Positions 33,521-45,064 of a stretch of DNA of 64,000 nucleotides are shown here, one piece after another (the first letter of the stretch is position 1; every line of letters begins with the position of its first letter). The notes below the pieces were generated by a model that saw only the letters and a list, made by a program, of their open reading frames with translations, did not search any database and was not told the DNA's origin. The DNA is taken from NCBI RefSeq assembly GCF_000372725.1, contig NW_005201213.1, positions 62,001 through 126,000 on the forward strand, read 5' to 3'. This DNA is from Emiliania huxleyi CCMP1516 (lineage: Eukaryota). Both the position numbers and the translations under genes were made by a program.

Positions 33521-34003
33521 ACTCTGAGGGCGGGCCAGACTCACATAGACCTCGCTCAAACTCTTGAGACCCACCGAAGCACCGAGCCCGAGCCGCCGCG
33601 CGAGGCGAAGCCATCAGAGGCCGAGCCGCAGCCGGAGCGTGTCACATGTCTGTCACCAGTCGCGATCATGCGACTTTTGTTTCTTTAATGTGTTTCAACT
33701 ATCAAGTCTCTCGAGAGGCCGGGGTGGTCTCAACGCACGCGACGCTCAACGGAGCGCGTACGAAGTGTTGTGGACTTTGGGTTTGGGGCCGAAAACAAAT
33801 TTGCGAGCCTCCGTGGCCAGTGTTGTCGATTGTTTGGTCGGGAGTCCTCCCTTGAAAAAAGGCCTCTCCGTAAGAGCCACATACACCTGAAAAAGAGAAG
33901 ATTCCGCGCGCGGGTGGGGGGGGGGGATATACAAAATGAACTCGGGGGGGGGACGAGGAGTCATCGCAACTGCAGGATGTGCTAACTCCGACTCCTTGCG
34001 GTC

Positions 34004-35440
34004 ATGCCCGAGAGAGGCGAAGCCGGGGGTGGCGAGGGAGGCGGCGGCGACGGGGACGCTTTGCGCGAGCTCTTCAGATCGCTGGCCAGCAGCACAGCCG
34101 GTGACAGTCCCAGGGAGCGTCAGAGCCGCGCCGTTCTGCTGCGAAAGATGCTCGAGCGAGGCGTCTCTCCCGACGCCCGGGACCCTGACGACAAAGACCA
34201 GCCGACGCTGCTGATCTCAGCCGCCTACTATGTGGACCTGCCATTGGTGAGACTTCTGCTTGAGTCTGGTGCCGACGTGCACTTGACTGACGCCAGCGGC
34301 GGCACAGCTCTCATGAGCGCCGCGCTCACACTTTCCCTCAGCGAGAGCTCTCTCAGCGAGAGCTCTCTCAGCGAGAGTGCTGCGGCGGGAGAGGTTGTCG
34401 CTAGCCTGCTACGAGTTGGAGCCCGCCTACCAGCCGAGCTGCCGCCTGGCGCCGCCGATCGGGGTTGGGGTGCGCAGTGGACAGCTATGCACAAAAGCGT
34501 CTCGGAGGTGGCGTTTGTCGATGGCCCATTCCGCGATGCCGTGGCTCGAGGCCAACCCCGGATTCAGACTCCTCGTGGCGACGTCATCATGAAGGGCCAG
34601 AAGGGACACAGCCTGAGGCAGTTTCGAGCAGCCCCAGATGGCGGCCCGGACCTCGACAAACCATGGATGGAGCACATCTTGGGTGGGACAGCACAAGAGC
34701 GGGTGGTGGAGTTCCTGCAGCAGCACGAGCGGCAGGCTCGGCGGGAGGCGGCGGGAGCAGAGAGCCCCGCCAGCCGTCCCAGCGCCTCGAGCAGCGCCCT
34801 CGCCGTGATCCTCGCGCTGCTGCTCGTGACGGTCGTCTCTGGCTGGCGCGCGTGGCGGCAGCGGCGAGCACCCAGGAGGCAGAGAGGGAAGCAGCCCGCG
34901 GAGAGAGCGTTCCGGGAGCGGGCTAGGAGGCGGGCTGAAGCGAGGGCGACGGCGGCTGAAGCGAGGGCGACGGCGGCGGCGGCGGCAGCGGAATCCGCGG
35001 CGGCGGAGCAAGCAGAGGCAGACGGGAGGGAGGGAGAGGGGCAGCAGACTGGCGGTTCGCCCGACTGGGTCACCGTCCAGCATCTGCCGCAGACGTCGAC
35101 GGCAGAGGGCTGGCAGGCGAGGGAGCCGCTCAGTGATCCGGCATCCGATGGAGCTAGCGAGGCGGGATTGGCGCACGGCGGTCGCTCCACCCCCTCAGCA
35201 CCGCCTCACCCTGAGATCCTCTCGCTGGCGGCCGCTACCTTCGACACCGGCCGTCGAGACGCGCCCGAGTCCACAATAGGTGGCGAGACTACGTGTATCG
35301 TGTGCTTCACTAGGCCGAAGACGCACGCCGCTCTGCCGTGTGGCCACCAGTGTGTCTGCGGCCCCTGCTCCGCTCGGCTGCGAGCGTGCCCGTATTGCCG
35401 AACGCCAGCCGAGCGCTGGTGGCACGTGCGCGTGGTGTGA
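34004..35440 (+). CDS. Ankyrin + transmembrane + C3HC4 RING protein (putative E3 ligase)
   Basis: LVRLLLESGADVHLTDASGGTALMSAA, TM ALAVILALLLVTVVSGW, and CIVC...PCGHQCVC..C.....CPYC. Confidence 0.8.
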   Translation: MPERGEAGGGEGGGGDGDALRELFRSLASSTAGDSPRERQSRAVLLRKMLERGVSPDARDPDDKDQPTLLISAAYYVDLPLVRLLLESGADVHLTDASGGTALMSAALTLSLSESSLSESSLSESAAAGEVVASLLRVGARLPAELPPGAADRGWGAQWTAMHKSVSEVAFVDGPFRDAVARGQPRIQTPRGDVIMKGQKGHSLRQFRAAPDGGPDLDKPWMEHILGGTAQERVVEFLQQHERQARREAAGAESPASRPSASSSALAVILALLLVTVVSGWRAWRQRRAPRRQRGKQPAERAFRERARRRAEARATAAEARATAAAAAAESAAAEQAEADGREGEGQQTGGSPDWVTVQHLPQTSTAEGWQAREPLSDPASDGASEAGLAHGGRSTPSAPPHPEILSLAAATFDTGRRDAPESTIGGETTCIVCFTRPKTHAALPCGHQCVCGPCSARLRACPYCRTPAERWWHVRVV

Positions 35441-35576
35441 TCGCCCATTCGGTCGCTCGGTCGCCTGGCGGCACATCCGGAAGTGCACCTGCAAACAGGG
35501 ATTTCGGCTTTGCGCGGCGTCTCCCGCCCTCTAGCCCCTTCTTGGCTTTGGGACTCCTATTACCCGTAAGAGAAAA

Positions 35577-35682
35577 ATAAATAAATAAATAAAAACGGAC
35601 ACCTCTCTACTGTGAGATGGGTAAAAAGGAACAGGCCCCCGCCCTTGCGATCTTTGTGCAGGGTTCTTTGTGGGTGTGGTCG
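35577..35682 (-). mobile_element. (TTTA)n-tailed retroposed insertion with 11-bp TSD GTAAGAGAAAA
   Basis: TSD at 35566-35576 and 35683-35693. The insertion is absent from the mirrored arm at about 40010. Confidence 0.75.
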
Positions 35683-35779
35683 GTAAGAGAAAAGAACGCG
35701 CCCCAGGATTTCTTTTGCCAGGTGAGAGCGAGTGGCGCGGTCACGCCTCGCCGACAACAGAGAGAAATGCGCGCTTCAA

Positions 35780-36494
35780 GGTGCAAGCGGGGGCTGCGAG
35801 CGACCGAAGAGAAACTAGGAATTCCTACGGCAGGGACGCCCACTAGAGCAGTCAGGCCCGGACTGGACACCAGCGCGGCATGGGTGGACGCGGGACCAGA
35901 GAAAGAATGGACACCAGCTCACGGGAGGCGGTTCTCCTCCGACGAGGACGGGGACGGTCCCTTCGAGGCCGCGGCCGAAGGCGTCATCAAGTTCGACTCG
36001 GACGAGCGGTGCATGGCGCAGATCACGTGGCCGACGGCGGCGGCGACGCCACAACAGTCAACACGTGCTCCACGCCTCTTCCTCCACGGCTGGCGGCCGC
36101 TCTCGGACGGTACAGGTTGGTCACCGCTTGGTTCTACCCTCGCGACTGGTACACCTTGTACTGGGATGGCAGCTCGGCCGACAAGGTCGCAAGGCGCGCT
36201 GTCTTCCCGACGCTCGAGCACGACGACTACGACCCCGGCCCCCTCGCAGAGCGCATCAGGCGCGACAAGCGCGAGCGGTCTGACCGCTCCTCCGACGACT
36301 CCTCCTCCTCCGACCAAGACTCATGCGGCTCCGGCTCTACTAGCGAGGCGAATGACATATTCGACACCCTCGACGAACGACCATCTCGGCTACGGTTCCG
36401 ACTCCGGCTTCGGCTGGTAGTCGACAAGCTGCCGAGCCCTTATCACTGTGTGTGCCACATTTCTTGTTGGCTCCTAAAAATCTCTCTCTCTCTC
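35780..36494 (+). mobile_element. Longer copy of retroposed family B (5' boundary approximate)
   Basis: Ends in CTCCTAAAAATCTCTCTCTC and shares its 3' 100 bp with 2593-2692. Confidence 0.5.
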
Positions 36495-36593
36495 TTAGAC
36501 GCTTTATGGGGACCCGGCTCACCGCGCTGAAGAAGAAAACGCACCGTGCTGCAGGCGGTTCCTGCAGGCGTGCCACCCGGGCTGCCCCACACC

Positions 36594-37442
36594 ATTCCTC
36601 CAAAAAAGCGCGCCGCAGCCGGTCGCGGCGGCGGCCGCGGCCGCGGCCGCGGCGACGGCGGCGACGGCGGCGACGGCGGCGACGGCGGCGGCGGCGGCGG
36701 CAAGCGCTCCAAGCCGTCCAAGCCCTCGAGCCGCGTGGACGAGCTCGCTGAGCGGTGGGCGGTGGGCAGTGACGGCGACGGCACCTTCGACGAGGCGCTC
36801 GTCGTGGACGTGTACGGCCGCTTCCTGGCGGGCGGGCGCAGCGGCCGCGGCCGCTCGGCCGACCTCTCCCGGCTCGAGCTGTCTGGCTACCTCGAGCGCT
36901 ACCTCTGGCCGCACTTTGATGGCGAGAGCGCGAGTTGGGAGCACGTCATGTCCATCGTGGTGATGCTGAACGCCAAGTTCGGCGAGGGCGTCGATGGGTG
37001 GGCCGTGCTGCGCGCCGAGCGCGCCCGCTTCGACGCCTTCTTCGGCCGCGCGCTCGGGTTGCCGAGCGAGCGCGCCGAGATGCCGTGGCTGGAGCGCGCC
37101 GAGTGGGTCCGCTTCCTCGTGCGCGCCTTTGGCTCGCTCGAGGAGGAGATGGTGCGGGTGCAGGCGCTCAAGCTGGCGTCGCTGCCGATGTGGCTCACGC
37201 TCTCCGAGCGCGACGCCGCCTCCCGCCTCAAGGCCCAGCCCGCGCTCTCCCGCCCCTGGAAGTTTGTCAAGAAGCGGCGCACCAAGGAGGCGGCGTTGCC
37301 CTCTGGCCCGCCACTCTCGTCGCAGCGCGAGGAGAGCTTCCTGCCGTCGCTGCTGCGGCAGACGGTGGAGGCGCTCGCCCTCGCCGACGAGCGGGCGCGC
37401 GGCGCCGCCACCGAGGACGGCGTCGGCGGCGTCTACGACAAG
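36594..37442 (+). pseudogene. AQR: Aquarius (intron-binding spliceosomal helicase) N-terminal region, truncated by gap
   Basis: LELSGYLERYLWPHF...HVMSIVVMLNAKF...FLVRAFGSLEEEMVR...LASLPMW matches the Aquarius N-terminal domain. ATT stands where the ATG of MPPKKR is expected. Confidence 0.7.
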
Positions 37443-37542
37443 NNNNNNNNNNNNNNNNNNNNNNNNNNNNNNNNNNNNNNNNNNNNNNNNNNNNNNNNNN
37501 NNNNNNNNNNNNNNNNNNNNNNNNNNNNNNNNNNNNNNNNNN

Positions 37543-38278
37543 AGCTCTCCTCGCGCTGCGACGAGAGTGGCGGGCCAGAGGGCAACGCCGCCTCCTTGGT
37601 GCGCCGCTTCTTGACAAACTTCCAGGGGCGGGAGAGCGCGGGCTGGGCCTTGAGGCGGGAGGCGGCGTCGCGCTCGGAGAGCGTGAGCCACATCGGCAGC
37701 GACGCCAGCTTGAGCGCCTGCACCCGCACCATCTCCTCCTCGAGCGAGCCAAAGGCGCGCACGAGGAAGCGGACCCACTCGGCGCGCTCCAGCCACGGCA
37801 TCTCGGCGCGCTCGCTCGGCAACCCGAGCGCGCGGCCGAAGAAGGCGTCGAAGCGGGCGCGCTCGGCGCGCAGCACGGCCCACCCATCGACGCCCTCGCC
37901 GAACTTGGCGTTCAGCATCACCACGATGGACATGACGTGCTCCCAGCTCGCGCTCTCGCCATCAAAGTGCGGCCAGAGGTAGCGCTCGAGGTAGCCAGAC
38001 AGCTCGAGCCGGGAGAGGTCGGCCGAGCGGCCGCGGCCGCTGCGCCCGCCCGCCAGGAAGCGGCCGTACACGTCCACGACGAGCGCCTCGTCGAAGGTGC
38101 CGTCGCCGTCACTGCCCACCGCCCACCGCTCAGCGAGCTCGTCCACGCGGCTCGAGGGCTTGGACGGCTTGGAGCGCTTGCCGCCGCCGCCGCCGCCGTC
38201 GCCGCCGTCGCCGCCGTCGCCGCGGCCGCGGCCGCGGCCGCCGCCGCGACCGGCTGCGGCGCGCTTTTTTGGAGGAAT
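37543..38278 (-). pseudogene. AQR: Second, inverted copy of the Aquarius N-terminal region
   Basis: Reverse complement of about 36594-37337. Confidence 0.7.
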
Positions 38279-39202
38279 GGTGTGGGGCAGCCCGGGGAGG
38301 CCCACGCCTGCGGAACCAGGTTCGTTGTGAAGAGGCAAGAGCTGGGGCGCGCCACCCAAGAGCCTAGGCAGGTGCGGATCGGCAAGAGCGCAATCGATCT
38401 TTTTGCCCTCTATCACCTTGGGTTGTAAGAACTTGAAACACACCACGCAGGGGCACAGCAAGCACGGATAGCCGCGGCGGGATCGGAATTGCGGCCGGAG
38501 GGAAGGGCGAGCCGCCGCCGCCGCCGCCATATACCATCAGCGACGACGACCGCGGCTCGCCCCAAACGCCAGGCGCTGGATCGGCAGTAGGGCTTGGGCG
38601 GCGCAGCGTAGGCCTCGAGCCACACGAGTCGCCGACAACCCCCCCTCATCGACGTGATGGCCGCACCCGCTGCCGGCCGATGCAAGCTGCCGCCTCCACC
38701 GCACGAGCGATACTGGCCGCGGCTCGCCGCCACGCGCCGGCTCGGAAGAGGGGCTATCGGCGGCGCAGCAGAGCGGCATGCGTCGTCATTCGAGCAGCAC
38801 CAGGTCCCCTCTTCGACGTGACGGCCGCTCCCGGAGCCGGCCGGTGCGCGCCCGACCCACGCCCCCTCTCGCACCCCCCCGATCCCCCTGCGCGGCGCCC
38901 CCTCCACTGCGCGCCGGCTCGAGCGCCTATTGCCAAATCGCGACTTTCGAGCGCAGTGCGTGCGCCCCACACGTCACGCGAACGCAGGAGAGTTTGCGGC
39001 AGAGCAGTACCGTGTACTAGCCGGAGGCATCGCGCCGAAAACCCCGCGCATTCCGCCCCAACAGAGGCTGCAGGAGGCAGATGGCCAATAGCGACGATCG
39101 TTACGAAATGTAGCGTCACCGGGAGCTCTCCAAGCTGTCTTGGGTGGTTGGGTGGCGTTTTCTTCTTCAGCGCGGTGAGCCGGGTCCCCATAAAGCGTCT
39201 AA

Positions 39203-39915
39203 GAGAGAGAGAGAGAGATTTTTAGGAGCCAACAAGAAATGTGGCACACACAGTGATAAGGGCTCGGCAGCTTGTCGACTACCAGCCGAAGCCGGAGTCG
39301 GAACCGTAGCCGAGATGGTCGTCGAGGGTTGTCGAATATGTCATTCGCCTCGCTAGTAGAGCCGGAGCCGCATGAGTCTTGGTCGGAGGAGGAGGAGTCG
39401 TCGGAGGAGCGGTCAGACCGCTCGCGCTTGTCGCGCCTGATGCGCTCTGCGAGGGGGCCGGGGTCGTAGTTGTCGTGCTCGAGCGTCGGGAAGACAGCGC
39501 GCCTTGCGACCTTGTCGGCCGAGCTGCCATCCCAGTACAAGGTGTACCAGTCGCGAGGGTAGAACCAAGCGGTGACCAACCTGTACCGTCCGAGAGCGGC
39601 CGCCAGCCGTGGAGGAAGAGGCGTGGAGCACGTGTTGACTGTTGTGGCGCGTCGCCGCCGCCGTCGGCCACGTGATCTGCGCCATGCACCGCTCGTCCGA
39701 GTCGAACTTGATGACGCCTTCGGCCGCGGCCTCGAAGGGACCGTCCCCGTCCTCGTCGGAGGAGAACCGCCTCCCGTGAGCTGGTGTCCATTCTTTCTCT
39801 GGTCCCGCGTCCACCCATGCCGCGCTGGTGTTCAGTCCGGGCCTGACTGCTCTAGTGGGCGTCCCTGCCGTAGGAATTCCTAGTTTCTCTTCGGTCGCTC
39901 GCAGCCCCCGCTTGC
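39203..39915 (-). mobile_element. Mirror copy of retroposed family B
   Basis: Reverse complement of about 35780-36494 with small indels. Confidence 0.5.
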
Positions 39916-40138
39916 ACCTTGAAGCGCGCATTTCTCTCTGTTGTCGGCGAGGCGTGACCGCGCCACTCGCTCTCACCTGGCAAAAGAAATCCTGGGGCGC
40001 GTTCTTTTCTTACGGGTAATAGGAGTCCCAAAGCCAAGAAGGGGCTAGAGGGCGGGAGACGCCGCGCAAAGCCGAAATCCCTGTTTGCAGGTGCACTTCC
40101 GAATGTGCCGCCAGGCGACCGAGCGACCGAATGGGCGA

Positions 40139-41524
40139 TCACACCACGCGCACGTGCCACCAGCGCTCGGCTGGCGTTCGGCAATACGGGCACGCTCGCA
40201 GCCGAGCGGAGCAGGGGCCGCAGACACACTGGTGGCCACACGGCAGAGCGGCGTGCGTCTTCGGCCTAGTGAAGCACACGATACACGTAGTCTCGCCACC
40301 TATTGTGGACTCGGGCGCGTCTCGACGGCCGGTGTCGAAGGTAGCGGCCGCCAGCGAGAGGATCTCAGGGTGAGGCGGTGCTGAGGGGGTGGAGCGACCG
40401 CCGTGCGCCAATCCCGCCTCGCTAGCTCCATCGGATGCCGGATCACTGAGCGGCTCCCTCGCCTGCCAGCCCTCTGCCGTCGACGTCTGCGGCAGATGCT
40501 GGACGGTGACCCAGTCGGGCGAACCGCCAGTCTGCTGCCCCTCTCCCTCCCTCCCGTCTGCCTCTGCTTGCTCCGCCGCCGCGGATTCCGCTGCCGCCGC
40601 CGCCGCCGTCGCCCTCGCTTCAGCCGCCGTCGCCCTCGCTTCAGCCCGCCTCCTAGCCCGCTCCCGGAACGCTCTCTCCGCGGGCTGCTTCCCTCTCTGC
40701 CTCCTGGGTGCTCGCCGCTGCCGCCACGCGCGCCAGCCAGAGACGACCGTCACGAGCAGCAGCGCGAGGATCACGGCGAGGGCGCTGCTCGAGGCGCTGG
40801 GACGGCTGGCGGGGCTCTCTGCTCCCGCCGCCTCCCGCCGAGCCTGCCGCTCGTGCTGCTGCCGAGCCTGCTCCATCCATGGTTTGTCGAGGTCCGGGCC
40901 GCCATCTGGGGCTGCTCGAAACTGCCTCAGGCTGTGTCCCTTCTGGCCCTTCATGATGACGTCGCCACGAGGAGTCTGAATCCGGGGTTGGCCTCGAGCC
41001 ATGGCTTCGCGGAATGGGCCATCGACAAACGCCACCTCCGAGACGCTTTTGTGCATAGCTGTCCACTGCGCACCCCAACCCCGATCGGCGGCGCCAGGCG
41101 GCAGCTCGGCTGGTAGGCGGGCTCCAACTCGTAGCAGGCTAGCGACAACCTCTCCCGCCGCAGCACTCTCGCTGAGAGAGCTCTCGCTGAGGGAAAGTGT
41201 GCGCGCGGCGCTCATAAGAGCTGTGCCGCCGCTGGCGTCAGTCAAGTGCACGTCGGCACCAGACTCAAGCAGAAGTCTCACCAATGGCAGGTCCACATAG
41301 TAGGCGGCTGAGATCAGCAGCGTCGGCTGGTCTTTGTCGTCAGGGTCCCGGGCGTCGGGAGAGACGCCTCGCTCGAGCATCTTTCGCAGCAGAACGGCGC
41401 GGCTCTGACGCTCCCTGGGACTGTCACCGGCTGTGCTGCTGGCCAGCGATCTGAAGAGCTCGCGCAAAGCGTCCCCGTCGCCGCCGCCTCCCTCGCCACC
41501 CCCGGCTTCGCCTCTCTCGGGCAT
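40139..41524 (-). CDS. Ankyrin + TM + RING protein, second copy or allele (461 aa)
   Basis: Near-identical to 34004-35440 with two in-frame deletions. Confidence 0.8.
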   Translation of the reverse strand: MPERGEAGGGEGGGGDGDALRELFRSLASSTAGDSPRERQSRAVLLRKMLERGVSPDARDPDDKDQPTLLISAAYYVDLPLVRLLLESGADVHLTDASGGTALMSAARTLSLSESSLSESAAAGEVVASLLRVGARLPAELPPGAADRGWGAQWTAMHKSVSEVAFVDGPFREAMARGQPRIQTPRGDVIMKGQKGHSLRQFRAAPDGGPDLDKPWMEQARQQHERQARREAAGAESPASRPSASSSALAVILALLLVTVVSGWRAWRQRRAPRRQRGKQPAERAFRERARRRAEARATAAEARATAAAAAAESAAAEQAEADGREGEGQQTGGSPDWVTVQHLPQTSTAEGWQAREPLSDPASDGASEAGLAHGGRSTPSAPPHPEILSLAAATFDTGRRDAPESTIGGETTCIVCFTRPKTHAALPCGHQCVCGPCSARLRACPYCRTPAERWWHVRVV

Positions 41525-42080
41525 GACCGCAAGGGGGAACTCCGCAAGGAGTCGGTTTTAGCATCGGTGACATTCTGCAGTGGCGATGACTCCTCGTCCC
41601 CCCCCCCCACCCCGCACCCTTAAAAAGACGCCGTCGACCGTCGTGTCCTGGCGCTCTGGCGCTTGAATGCCCCCCCGTCGTTGACCCGGAATCTTCTCTT
41701 TTTCATCTCTCTCGGTGTATGTGGCTCTTACGGAGAGGCCTTTTTTCAAGGGAGGACTCCCGACCAAACAATCGACAACACTGGGCACGGAGGCTCGCAA
41801 ATGTGTTTTCGGCCCCAAACCCAAAGTCCACAACACTTCGTACGCGCTCCGTTGAGCGTCGCGTGCGTTGAGACCACCCCGGCCTCTCGAGAGACTTGAT
41901 AGCTGAAACACATTAAAGAAACAAAAGTCGAATGATCGCGACTGGTGACAGACATGTGACACGCTCCGGCTGCGGCTCGGCCTCTGATGGCTCGGCCTCG
42001 CGCGGCGGCTCGGGCTCGGTGCTTCGGTGGGTCTCAAGACTTTGAGCGAGGTCTATGTGAGTCTGGCCCGCCCTCAGAGT

Positions 42081-43150
42081 TCAGCGTGTCGCACGAAGCC
42101 GCGCACGCCTTGTGCATGTAGCCTGAAGCGCAAGGGCACCGTCGGAAGTGATGGCGAGGCTGTGCCATGCTCCAGCCGACACAGCGACGACGCGCTGGCC
42201 AGCAAGGGCCTCAACCTTCTTGGGCAGCAGCTGGCGCTGCTGGTCGCCATACCCCAACATGGCAATGTATCCACCGCCCCAGCTCCAGACGGCGCCGTCG
42301 GCGGTGATTGCCATGCTGTGGAATGCTCCAGCCGACACAGCGATGACATACTGGCCAGCAAAGGCCTCGACCTTCTTCGGCAGCAGCTGGCGCTGCTGGT
42401 CGCCGTGGCCCAGCTGGCCAGAGCCTCCACCACCCCAGCTCCAGACGGCGCCGTCGGCGGTGAGCGCGAGGCTATGCTCGATCGAAGCCGACACAGCGAC
42501 GACGCGCCGGCCAGCAAAGGCTTCGATCTTCTTCGGTTGCGAATGGTCCTGCTCGTCGCCGTGGCCCAGCCGGCCAAAGTCTCCAAAGCCCCAGCTCCAG
42601 ACGGCGCCGTCGGCGGGGAGGGCGAGGCTGTGCAGACCTCCAGCCGACACACCCACGGCGCGCTCGCCGCCCAGCGTCGACGGAAGGCGGGTCGGCGTGT
42701 TGAGCAGCGTCATGCCGTGGCCGTGGCCGATGAGGCCTGAGATGGCATGCACTGGCGAATGCGCAGCCGAGCCGCACGATGAGAGCCGCCCCTCGCCGTC
42801 GATGAAGAGGCTGTGCGACTGGCCTGCTGCCAACCTCGCCGGCGGGTTGGACTCGCACAGCAGCGCAGCGAGACACAGCCACCGCACGGCGGAGCCCTCG
42901 CCCTCTGGCTGCGCCGGCAGCTCGAAGCCGCGCTCTTGAGCCCACAAGCGGATGCCCTCTAGCGCGAGTGAGGCGTGGAAGAGCAGCGAGACGGCCGCGA
43001 CGCGAGCGATGTCGACGGGGTCGCAGCGAGAGAGGGCGCGCAAGAGGAGGTCCGTGGGGAGGTCGAGGAGGCGGGCGGGCGGCGGAGTGTCTGGCGAGGG
43101 GGCGGCGGCGGCGGAGGCTGGGGCGAGGCGGCGCGAGGCGGGGCAGACAT
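42081..43150 (-). pseudogene. F-box-like + RCC1 gene copy with frameshifted start and foreign 3' end
   Basis: The ATG at 43150 is out of frame with the F-box/RCC1 frame. RCC1 repeats stop at about 42140, where reductase-derived sequence begins. Confidence 0.7.
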
Positions 43151-43229
43151 CGCGAGGAAAAGAATTCTCGCTGCGCGAAATCAGTTTCAGGTCTTTCTTT
43201 CTTCACGGGATTGTGAGTGTGTGTGCGTC

Positions 43230-45050
43230 CAAACATGTCATTGCTCTCGCGCTTCTCCCGCACGCATGCTCATGCACCTCGTCACACACCACGCGGGCTG
43301 GCATCTGCGACCTATGCTACCTGCTCCGGGGAGAGACTGTAATCGAGACCACTCGGCACCTAGCCCTCGAATGCCCTTACACAGGCTTGGTCCATGAGGC
43401 CGCCCTCCGCACGGTTCTGGAAGTCACAACGCTAGACGAGGCGGTGCGTGAAGAGACACGGCGTTCGCAATGGCAACAACTCGCACACGAACACCGCCGA
43501 CTCTGCATAACCGGGTTTCGGCTTACTACGAGCAGAGGACAGATGGCAGAGGGGCGCATTGGGGCAACGCCGACACGAGTGATGATGCTGGAGACGCTGG
43601 CGGGCATCGTGCGGCGGCGGCACTACAACGCGAACCTTGCACACGACGCGACGCCGGACGCCCGAGTCGACAAGGACGCTAGGGCGGCACTCGTCCGCCA
43701 ATTTTATTACACAGCGAAGAGAGCACAGCAAACCGAGAGGGAAATACGCCTTCGCATACCCGGATGGCAGCCCTCGCCCGGGGAAGGACCAGTAGCAGAG
43801 TGGGAAAGGGATTGGCTCGCGTCCGGCTTCTTTTCTGACGACGGCCAATGCGCGCTTCCAGAGAGGATTCAGCTTGCCCGCGACGTTGCTGCAAATGATT
43901 GCACAAGCAACACGATGGCACTACTCAGCGTCGAGCCTTGTGATAGGGGCGGTGCTTGCCGTGTTAAAGTGCGGCTGATGGTGGAGGCGTCAGGAGTTAT
44001 ACTTCGACCCTGTCGACGGGACGGCACCACGCCCCCACAGCAGCAGCAACCACCCGACTGGACGGCGTACACTGATGGGTCGGAAGACGGAGGCAGGGCA
44101 GGATGGGCGTACGCCGTAGTCATGGGCGGGGACGGCATATGCGACGTGAATGCCATGCTCGTGACCGAAGGCTACGGCCCCGTCGTGACTAGCCCCGTGC
44201 ACGCCGCTTTCGTGGGGGCGCGGAAACACACCAATAACACGGCGGAGCTGTCAGCGCTTGCGGAGCTTTTTCGCTCACTACTCCACACGGCACCACGACC
44301 AGCAGGCTCACGAGGGGTGGTCCGAACGGACAGCGAGTACGCGATGGCGTGTGCGACGGGGAGAATCTCGCCGGGGGAGAACGCACAACTAGCGAGCTAT
44401 CTTCGAGCAGCGTGGCGGCATTTAGCGTCGAGGCACGAAGTGACATGGAGACACGTCAAGGGGCACAGTGGTCATAAGTGGAACGACTACGTCGATAAGC
44501 AAGCTGACCTCGGCAGGAGCGGCGCGAGGTATTGCGGCGCACCGGAGTGGCAAGACGAGTCGATCCCAACAGACGCAGACGACGGGGAGAGCAGCACCGT
44601 GGGCGACGACGTGGTTATTAACGGAGGAGGTACAACCATCCCACTCGACGACATCGGTGATGGGGCCTCTAGCTACGCCGATGACCCACCCGACTCCCCC
44701 GAAAACAGACCGCCGCCTGGCGCCCCGCCCTCGCCGCCTAAAGCCCCAGTCGTGGAGCATGGGGTGATATGGATTTCATACACGCCGAGCGCGCAGGCGC
44801 GACACATCGGAGACAACAAGGGGATCCGACGTGAAAGAGCTATCGACATTGACGTTGACCCAGCCGATTCCACCGATGTCGACGTCATCACCTCCGCGGC
44901 TACCGCGCTTTCGCTCGACGACACCGTGGAGAATCGCACCGAGGACCTTGCCGAGGCGATAGGCCGAATCACTTTGGGCCCCGACCCCGCCCCCGCCCCT
45001 CGGGGTGGGGGCACCCGCCCCTGTCGGGCACCGCTTGCGGCGCCTGAGAT
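43230..45050 (+). mobile_element. 5'-truncated non-LTR retrotransposon: zinc knuckle + RNase H
   Basis: CDLC...ETTRHLALECP (zf-RVT-like), then YTDGS, TNNTAEL, RTDSEYA and HVKGHSGHKWNDYVD (RNase HI motifs). Confidence 0.75.
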
Positions 45051-45064
45051 GGCCGTAGGGATGC

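Larger units (their letters stand above)
33006..42600. repeat. Large imperfect inverted duplication centred on N gap 37443-37542
   Basis: RCC1, ANK-RING, family B element and Aquarius segments are mirrored. The arms differ by SNPs and indels. Confidence 0.95.
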
